Shown here in pieces: positions 25,042-31,986 of a DNA stretch of 54,332 nucleotides; the first letter of the stretch is position 1, and every line of letters starts with the position of its first letter. A model generated the notes under the pieces. The model worked only from the letters and a program-made list of their open reading frames with translations, was not told the DNA's origin and did no database searches. Where the stretch lies: positions 1-54,332 of the IMG/VR virus record IMGVR_UViG_3300011115_000623; one strand, written 5' to 3'. A program made the translations under genes and the position numbers. This stretch comes from a virus (Duplodnaviria; Caudoviricetes).

Positions 25042-28000
25042 ATGGCGGCTTATCTTTCGGATGACGAAGTCTTTGGCGGCTCAACATATTTGTCGGACGC
25101 CGAAGTATTCGGTGGCCGAAAAGATGTAACACCGTTCAAGGTATCCATCGGCGACCAGGCCGCGCGCGACCAGGAGTCGCTTGGCATCTTGCAACGCGAA
25201 CGCGAGAAAGCCCAGCGCCTGGCAGCCGATGCGCAGAAGTCAGGCAATCAGGCTGATGCCGTTCGCTACGCAAACGACCAAGCGGCCCTTGACCGCGAGA
25301 TCGCAGCCAGGGCCAAGACCGCTGGCGTGGAAGCGCCTGCCCCGGCTGCGGTGGTAGCCCCGGCGCGTAGCACCCTCACCCTACCCACTCGACCTGGGCA
25401 AGAGCAGTCAGGCGTTGTTGCGCCCGAGCCCAGCGTCCTTGCACCGCAAGGCAAAGCCCCGCGCATGACGACTGGCACAGCGGCACTTAAATCCAACGAG
25501 TACGTACCGGTAGCTGCCACCATTAGGGGCGAGCCCGCCCCGCCTTTGATTGAGCGCCGGGGAGCTCCGGTGAGCGAAGAACGGTTCCGCGAATTGCAAC
25601 GAGCCTATGACGCGGCAACACCGGCTCAGCGGGTTGCCCTGATACAGCGTCCTGGCTTTGAGGGATCGGTGTTCAAAAGCATCGACGACCAATACCGCGC
25701 AATGGAAAAAGCCGCCGTGACTACGCCGTCGGCCAGGCTGCTGGACACCAGGCGCGAAGCCCGGCGCGTTAAGTTGGCCGTAGAGAGCGGCATGGACGTT
25801 GACGCAGCCGACGCGCTGGCCGCGCAGCAAGCCTTGCAAGGAAGGCCGACAACCCGACTGGCCCAGGCAACCGCGTCCGACTTTGACTTTGAAACGAAGA
25901 ACGAGTTTGCCCGCCCCAGTACGCAAGTAGACATGCGCCAAAAAGGCGGCATCATCTACCGTGCAAAACCAAGCAACGCTGACGAATTGGCAGCAGCGGC
26001 AAAAGCTATTGGCGGCAAGGTAAAGGGTCAGTTTGAATCGGCAGCAGCCGGTGCTTGGCAAATGGTCGGCGACCTGATCTCTGCAACAGGCGACTTTGTT
26101 GGGTCGCCCGGCACGGAGCGATTCGGAGACCGGCTGTCCGCTGGAAACGCCCAGCAACAAAAACAAGCCCAAGCCCGTTTGGCCGCAATTGGAGACAACC
26201 CTAACGCGGCTTTGAATTTTGTCGAGTCAGGCGTGTCCGGTGCCATCACCAATATCGTGCCTCTGTTCGTGGCTGGCCCGGCCCTTGGGGTAAGCGCCAT
26301 GGTTGGCCAGGTTGTGGCTGATGAGTACGGCGCTGGCAAAGCGGCCGGTCTCAGCGGGCCAGAGGCTTTGGCCAGGGGATCGGCTTTAGGGTTTGCTGAA
26401 TTGGTTGGCGAATTAGCCAGCCTACCAACGCCTTTGGTGAAAGGCTTTAAGCAACTGGTCAAAGGCGTTCCAACTGAACAAATTTTGCCTGAGTTTGCCC
26501 GCTATTTGGTAAAAGAAAACGCGGCAGAGCAAGTTACCAGTTCGCTTAATTTCGCTACCGACAAGTGGGCTCCGTTTGGCATCAAGCCCAATTCAACTTT
26601 GGCAGATTACCTCCAGGCCGCTGCCGATACGTTTTACCAAACCACCGCCCAAACTTTGGTTATGGGAGCCGCCGGAAAATTGGCTGCTCCTGTTGCCCGC
26701 GCGATTAACACGCCCGAGCGCCAGTTTGCCAACGCGTTCCAGGCTGACGTGGACGCGCGCCAGGCAAACGCCGACGCGATTGATTACCTGGCCCGATGGG
26801 AGATGTCTGCCAACAAAGACAAGTTCGCTGGCAACGTGGCCAAAATGGAAAAAGCGGCCCGAGACTACGAAACTCAAATTCTTACGCCTTTGGCCAGAGC
26901 GATGGAGGCATCGCGCGCTTTTGATGTAGAGTACGAAAATCAACTCCGCGCAGCAAGAGACCAGGCAGACCTTCAGCAAGCCTCCACAGCAAGCGATGCG
27001 GCCACGGCTGCGGATAACCTATCCGGCTCCCTCAGCGAGATGCTGGAGCCCGCCCTGACGGGCGAGGCGATCCCTGGCGAAGTGCTGCCACCCGAGCCTG
27101 GTTTGACCGGCGCGGAGATGAGCGCCGCAGCCGACCAGGTTGAGCCTGCCTTTACTGGCGCTGCGGTGCCTGGCGAAGTCCTGGGCACCGAGCCCCCGTT
27201 GTTCGCGCCAGCCCCTGTTGTTACGCCAGCAGTCGAGACTGCTGGCATCAACCCCGATCTGGAACAGCGGATGGGGTTCGACAAGCTGCGCCTGAACGCG
27301 CCGCGCCCGCAAACCATCCAGGGCACACCGGTTGCCAGCTTGAGCGACGACCAGCTTCAAACGATGGCTGGCGACGAAAGCATCGCTCCGATTTCGCGTC
27401 GCAGTGCTGCCATTGAGCTGACTGCGCGCCAGGCCGAGCCGGGTGCATTTACCCAGCGCGCCGCGCCGCAAGCTACCGGGGCACCAAGTACGGTATCCTA
27501 TGCGGGTGAAGCACTTGACACCAGCAGAACCACGTTTGGCCTGGGCGACGCCCAAGGGCGGGTGTCTGACGCCCCTGTTACGGGAGCTGGAGCCACTGCC
27601 AGGGCCGAGCTTCAGGCCCGCCTGGACCGTGCCGCAGCAATCCACGGCGTGGCAGTCCCGACCCTTGCCGCTCCTACTCCAGAAAACGAAGCAGCAGTAA
27701 GCGTCATCGCTGACGCCCTGGGCGGCGTCGGCTTGGCTGACAAGGTCGTGTCCTATACCGACCCCAACGGGGCAGACGGTTTTGAGCTTGGCGGCGTCAT
27801 TGCGGTCAACACCGCCACCCAGAAGGGCGTCGCGCATTCGTCTTTCCATGAGAGCTTCCACGTTGCCGAGCGGATCGCCGCCGCCGATACAGCAGCCGGT
27901 CGCACCAACACACCGGCGCAGCAGTACGTTGCGTCCATTCACAGCTTGTTCGATGAAATGTCGGATGAGGGCAAGCGCGCGTACATCACCAATTTCCTAA

Positions 28001-31000
28001 ACAAGGAAGAGCTGGACGCGATCCAGGACCCGGCTCAGCGCGAAGCCCGCATCAGCCAGATGCTGACCGAGCAGAAGACCCGTTCGGAAATGACGGCCGA
28101 CTTCATGGGCAACCGCGCCACGGACAAGCGTTTCCTGGCCAGCCTGGCCAAGGCAGACCCCAAGGGGTTTGGCGACTTCGTGAAGAAGTGGATTGGCATT
28201 CTGGATGGAATGATCGCGCGCCTACGTGGCGTTCGCAGCCGGTCCAACCTGGAATCGGTCAAGGTTGACAGCTACATCAAAGACTTAAACCGGGCTAAAA
28301 TGGTTGCGCGTGACGCCATGGTAGCCTATCGCAAAGGCACGCTTCAACAGCTTGCGCCCACAACCACGCCCCCGGCGATGAGCCTGCGGCAAGGAGAACG
28401 AAATGCTATCAGCACCGGAAATCAAAACGTACCAGGCGCTCCAGCGACAACTGGACGAGTCACTGGCGAAGATGGGGGCGGTCCGACCCCAGCCTACGGA
28501 ACAGCCCGCCCGGGCGCAATTTCCGTCGTCGGACGCCACTACTCAACGTCCCCCCGTCAATCGTTAAGCGGAGCGTTTTATGGCCAAGGACTCAAAGGCG
28601 CAGAGCGTGATCGCCTGGACCGTAGCACTGATCCTCGACTTAAAAACCGCATCTACTTCTATGTTGACCAGGGCGCAGGTGTTCGCCCCGAATCCGGCGT
28701 CGGCGGGTACGCCCACGAAACCCGGCTGGACAACATCTACGATCCACAGACTCGAATCGTAAAACCGCAGGCGGATTTCAACGCCTTCGAGTCAGCAGTC
28801 ATCAACGCCGGTTTCGACGGCTACATCGCACCTTTTGGCAACAACCAGGCAGCAGTCGTCCTGCTTGGCCAAAAGCACAAAGCTGTTCCAGTCAAGGCCA
28901 TAGGCCAGCCCGCACCGGCAGCACCTGTCGAAAGCGCAGCTCCAAGCGTACTCAAGAAGGGGCTCATGTCGAAAGAGCTGAGCCAGATCGACACGTCCAA
29001 CATCCCGGGTGCGCGCCTGCGCGCGGGCAGCCTGGAGATTCCAGCAGAGCAACGCGACGCAGCCAACGCGGAGCTGGAGCGGATCGGTAGCGAAGTGCGC
29101 TTTGCCAAGAAGGAAAAGGTCACCCCGGCGCGAGTGATGTTTGAGGTTGCGCCAGACCCCAATGACGCTGCTTTGAAAGCCCGCTGGGACGCCGTGCCTT
29201 TTGAGCGCAAGGTGGAAATTAGCCAAAGCGTTGCCAAGCAAATCATGCCCCAGGTCTTTAAGCTGGCCGAGGTACGCGCCAGGCTTACCACGCAGCTTGG
29301 CGGTTATCTCGAAGACACCAGCCCGTCTTTTGCGGCTATCGTGCCCAGCACGGCGTCAGCCCAGCAGCTCATGGAGATAGCGCGCATTGGCGGTTTTGGC
29401 CTAACCCAAGACAGCATGATGGTGCTGGATTCCAAACCCTTTGAGGGCTCATCCCCAACCGGCTTGATCACAATCACGTTGCCGGAAAACATGAAAGACC
29501 AAGACGCAGTTCATTCGGTTTATCAAGCTGCGCGGCAGGTTTCTCCGAAAGACATCACCGGCCACACAACTGTTGGCCGGGAAATGGTTTTGGCTGTGCC
29601 GTCTGATAAGATGGCCGACCTCACTTCAAAAATTGTGGGCGTGTTAGACGCGCGCCCGGAAAATTTCAACATTGATTCAGCGAACGGCCACATGGCCTTT
29701 GTGTCCAAAGAGGAGTACGGCTATGGTAGTGAAGCAAGGAAACCAACCCCCGAGTTTTCTGCAAAACGGGCAGAAGCTAATCGCATCCGCGAAGAAGCCA
29801 GCGCCGCACTCGAACGCGAAATCGCAACCTACGAAGGCACCGGCGGGCGCAAAATAGACACAGGCGTTTATCGCAACGTCGCTGACTCTTTCGGGTTATC
29901 CCAGGCTGAATACGAAGCCAGTGTTCTGCCCCTTATGTTGGGCGGCGTAAAGGACAAAACTTTCCGCGCTCCCAATATTGGCGAAATCCCCGAGATCGTG
30001 CAATGGCTGGATCAGCGCCGGGCCGATACCGGCCTGCCCAAGCTGGACATCAACAAGCCCGAAGACCGCACAACCCTGGCCAAGCTGATGGCGTCCGAAG
30101 CAGTGGCCGCAATTCGTAGCGCGGGCAACGCGGTTGAGTGGTACGACGAAACCGTGGCCAAGACTTTGCGCATCATGGCTGTCAAGTACCCAGAGCTGGA
30201 CACAGACCCGAACGCACGAAACGCTTTCTTGATTGCCGTAGCCATATCGTCTCAAACAATGGACGTTGAGGCCAACCTGAAATACGCTTCTGAGCAATAC
30301 GAACAGTTCCGCACAACAGGCAAATTCCCAGAGGTTGGCAAAGGCAAGTCAGCCCCGCCAATGGCCAAGAATTTTGCTTTGGCCAATGACGTGTTGGCTG
30401 ATATGGGGCCGGACTTACTGCTTCGCTTTTTACGAAGCGAATTTACCAAACGTGAGCTGGAAACTATTGGCTTCCCTATTGGTGGCGAGTCGATGGACGA
30501 AAAGGTGCTTGGCTCTGCCATCTTCGGCCCCAAAATTGGGTTTGGTTTTTACAGCAACCTTTCGGGCAACTTTGAGCCCATTACCATGGACATGTGGTTC
30601 ATGCGCACTGTCGGCCGTCTGGCCGGGACTTTGCCAGCGTTTGACCCCGTGCTGTTCCCCAAGCAAGTGGCCAAGCTGCGTGCGGCTTTGGCCGAGACTG
30701 GAGATGCGGGGCGTGGGGTGTACGCCGATCAGTTTGACCCGGCTGCCGTCCAGGCTGCGATGGAGACGGACGAAGGCGCAATCGCCCTGGCGCGCCAGGT
30801 AAACAGCTTGCACAACCGCCAGTTCATCAAGGAACGGGCCGCATTCGACTCAGGAACGCGAATCAAGACCGCCCTGGTGGGTGCTTCCGGTAGCATCATT
30901 AAATCGGCTGACAAGCCCACAGATGCCCCTGGCAGCGGCGGCGAACGCCAGCGGCTGCGCGACGTGGTTCGCCAGATGGTTGCCATGGTGGAGGAGCAGG

Positions 31001-31482
31001 TGGGCAAGCGCGTGCCACCGGCGGCTTTGCAAGCCTTGATCTGGTATCCTGAACAAGAGTTGTATAAAAAGTTGGGCGCTGGCCTTCGCGTGACTAGCCA
31101 AGACTACGCGGGTGCGGCAGAATCACTACTTACGAAAGAAGGTTTTGATGGAAAACAATTACGCACAGCAGCCGAATCTGGACCAGGACCGGCACGACAA
31201 GTGGCTGGAAAGCCGGTCGCGCGAGCAGATCAGCAGGCTGGCCAAGCGGGCAGGCCAACTGGCGCGCTCCAAGGAGCAGAGCGGGAAACTTTCATCGCCG
31301 CCCGCACTCCCCTCGAAACAATCTTCGACGGACTAAACAAACGCGGCCTGGCCAAGACACGCGCAGAAGCTGCGATTGAATTGCGCCCGGACGGCGCGCA
31401 AATAAAATACGTCCACGAAAACTTCCTCGACATACTGTCCGAGCTGGATGACTCCGGCCTGGTTAAGATTAACTGCAAATAA
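25042..31482 (+). CDS. Giant polyvalent virion protein 1: zincin-like HExxH, ART-like, unknown and HhH-glycosylase-like domains
   Basis: About 2146 aa; HESFH...EMTAD (27847 onward); HYS...IYFY...GFDGY (about 28520-28900); WY...SSQ...N...GPKIG.FY.NL...TMD.WFMR...LQALIW (about 30060-31110). Confidence 0.8.
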   Translation: MAAYLSDDEVFGGSTYLSDAEVFGGRKDVTPFKVSIGDQAARDQESLGILQREREKAQRLAADAQKSGNQADAVRYANDQAALDREIAARAKTAGVEAPAPAAVVAPARSTLTLPTRPGQEQSGVVAPEPSVLAPQGKAPRMTTGTAALKSNEYVPVAATIRGEPAPPLIERRGAPVSEERFRELQRAYDAATPAQRVALIQRPGFEGSVFKSIDDQYRAMEKAAVTTPSARLLDTRREARRVKLAVESGMDVDAADALAAQQALQGRPTTRLAQATASDFDFETKNEFARPSTQVDMRQKGGIIYRAKPSNADELAAAAKAIGGKVKGQFESAAAGAWQMVGDLISATGDFVGSPGTERFGDRLSAGNAQQQKQAQARLAAIGDNPNAALNFVESGVSGAITNIVPLFVAGPALGVSAMVGQVVADEYGAGKAAGLSGPEALARGSALGFAELVGELASLPTPLVKGFKQLVKGVPTEQILPEFARYLVKENAAEQVTSSLNFATDKWAPFGIKPNSTLADYLQAAADTFYQTTAQTLVMGAAGKLAAPVARAINTPERQFANAFQADVDARQANADAIDYLARWEMSANKDKFAGNVAKMEKAARDYETQILTPLARAMEASRAFDVEYENQLRAARDQADLQQASTASDAATAADNLSGSLSEMLEPALTGEAIPGEVLPPEPGLTGAEMSAAADQVEPAFTGAAVPGEVLGTEPPLFAPAPVVTPAVETAGINPDLEQRMGFDKLRLNAPRPQTIQGTPVASLSDDQLQTMAGDESIAPISRRSAAIELTARQAEPGAFTQRAAPQATGAPSTVSYAGEALDTSRTTFGLGDAQGRVSDAPVTGAGATARAELQARLDRAAAIHGVAVPTLAAPTPENEAAVSVIADALGGVGLADKVVSYTDPNGADGFELGGVIAVNTATQKGVAHSSFHESFHVAERIAAADTAAGRTNTPAQQYVASIHSLFDEMSDEGKRAYITNFLNKEELDAIQDPAQREARISQMLTEQKTRSEMTADFMGNRATDKRFLASLAKADPKGFGDFVKKWIGILDGMIARLRGVRSRSNLESVKVDSYIKDLNRAKMVARDAMVAYRKGTLQQLAPTTTPPAMSLRQGERNAISTGNQNVPGAPATTGRVTGEDGGGPTPAYGTARPGAISVVGRHYSTSPRQSLSGAFYGQGLKGAERDRLDRSTDPRLKNRIYFYVDQGAGVRPESGVGGYAHETRLDNIYDPQTRIVKPQADFNAFESAVINAGFDGYIAPFGNNQAAVVLLGQKHKAVPVKAIGQPAPAAPVESAAPSVLKKGLMSKELSQIDTSNIPGARLRAGSLEIPAEQRDAANAELERIGSEVRFAKKEKVTPARVMFEVAPDPNDAALKARWDAVPFERKVEISQSVAKQIMPQVFKLAEVRARLTTQLGGYLEDTSPSFAAIVPSTASAQQLMEIARIGGFGLTQDSMMVLDSKPFEGSSPTGLITITLPENMKDQDAVHSVYQAARQVSPKDITGHTTVGREMVLAVPSDKMADLTSKIVGVLDARPENFNIDSANGHMAFVSKEEYGYGSEARKPTPEFSAKRAEANRIREEASAALEREIATYEGTGGRKIDTGVYRNVADSFGLSQAEYEASVLPLMLGGVKDKTFRAPNIGEIPEIVQWLDQRRADTGLPKLDINKPEDRTTLAKLMASEAVAAIRSAGNAVEWYDETVAKTLRIMAVKYPELDTDPNARNAFLIAVAISSQTMDVEANLKYASEQYEQFRTTGKFPEVGKGKSAPPMAKNFALANDVLADMGPDLLLRFLRSEFTKRELETIGFPIGGESMDEKVLGSAIFGPKIGFGFYSNLSGNFEPITMDMWFMRTVGRLAGTLPAFDPVLFPKQVAKLRAALAETGDAGRGVYADQFDPAAVQAAMETDEGAIALARQVNSLHNRQFIKERAAFDSGTRIKTALVGASGSIIKSADKPTDAPGSGGERQRLRDVVRQMVAMVEEQVGKRVPPAALQALIWYPEQELYKKLGAGLRVTSQDYAGAAESLLTKEGFDGKQLRTAAESGPGPARQVAGKPVARADQQAGQAGRPTGALQGAERETFIAARTPLETIFDGLNKRGLAKTRAEAAIELRPDGAQIKYVHENFLDILSELDDSGLVKINCK
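28403..28567 (+). CDS. Nested +1-frame ORF, 54 aa (MLSAPEIKTYQALQRQLDESLAKMG...)
   Basis: AAGGAG 6 nt upstream of ATG; lies in a low-complexity linker of the host gene. Confidence 0.5.
   Translation: MLSAPEIKTYQALQRQLDESLAKMGAVRPQPTEQPARAQFPSSDATTQRPPVNR
29723..29857 (+). CDS. Nested +1-frame ORF, 44 aa (MVVKQGNQPPSFLQNGQKLIASAK...)
   Basis: GAGGAG 7 nt upstream of ATG; at a domain boundary. Confidence 0.35.
   Translation: MVVKQGNQPPSFLQNGQKLIASAKKPAPHSNAKSQPTKAPAGAK
31148..31336 (+). CDS. Nested +1-frame ORF, 62 aa (MENNYAQQPNLDQDRHDKWLESRSREQISRLAKRAGQLAR...)
   Basis: GAAGG 5 nt upstream of ATG; directly after the glycosylase-like domain; host frame here is G/A/Q/P linker. Confidence 0.5.
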   Translation: MENNYAQQPNLDQDRHDKWLESRSREQISRLAKRAGQLARSKEQSGKLSSPPALPSKQSSTD

Positions 31483-31491
31483 GGACCCGCC

Positions 31492-31983
31492 ATGTTGCCC
31501 AAAATGATCATCTCCGCCGACTGCAAGAAGATGCTGGACGAGGCGGTCCATTCCGAGCTTTACGCATCCAACCTGTACAAGCACATCGCCAATCAGCTTC
31601 AGCGCCTGGGCTACTTTGGCGCGTCAAAGTTCTTCCTGAACGAAAGCGCAGACGAGCTGAAGCACTACCAGCTCCACGTTGAATTCCAGAACGATGTCGG
31701 CACCGTGGCCAAGGTGCCCATGATCGAAGCGATGAACGAAACCATCGAGACCTTCAGCGACGCAATTGAAACCGGTTACGAGACCGAGCTGGAGCTACTT
31801 AACAACTACCAGTCCTGGTACGCTGAAGCGGCAGACGATCCCATTGTGCAGCAGTTTTTGCTCCAGTTCCTGGAGATTCAGCGGCGCAGCGTGGGCGAGT
31901 ACGGCGACCTGCTGGCGCGCATCCAGCTTGTCGATCAAGACAAAGCTGGCATGCTACTGATCGACCAAGAATTGGGCGGTTAA
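31492..31983 (+). CDS. Ferritin-like protein
   Basis: E22, Y29, E55, H58, E99 and Q130 match the spacing of FtnA ferroxidase ligands E17/Y24/E50/H53/E94/Q127; 163 aa; AAGGA RBS. Confidence 0.88.
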   Translation: MLPKMIISADCKKMLDEAVHSELYASNLYKHIANQLQRLGYFGASKFFLNESADELKHYQLHVEFQNDVGTVAKVPMIEAMNETIETFSDAIETGYETELELLNNYQSWYAEAADDPIVQQFLLQFLEIQRRSVGEYGDLLARIQLVDQDKAGMLLIDQELGG

Positions 31984-31986
31984 ACC

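Noticed and set aside
27443-27700. Additional nested +1 ORF in the long linker of giant protein 1
   Set aside because: No convincing Shine-Dalgarno, and the product looks like frame-shift noise.
28955-28968. Internal in-frame restart at ATG 28966
   Set aside because: The purine run is only about 3 nt from the ATG; support is too weak.
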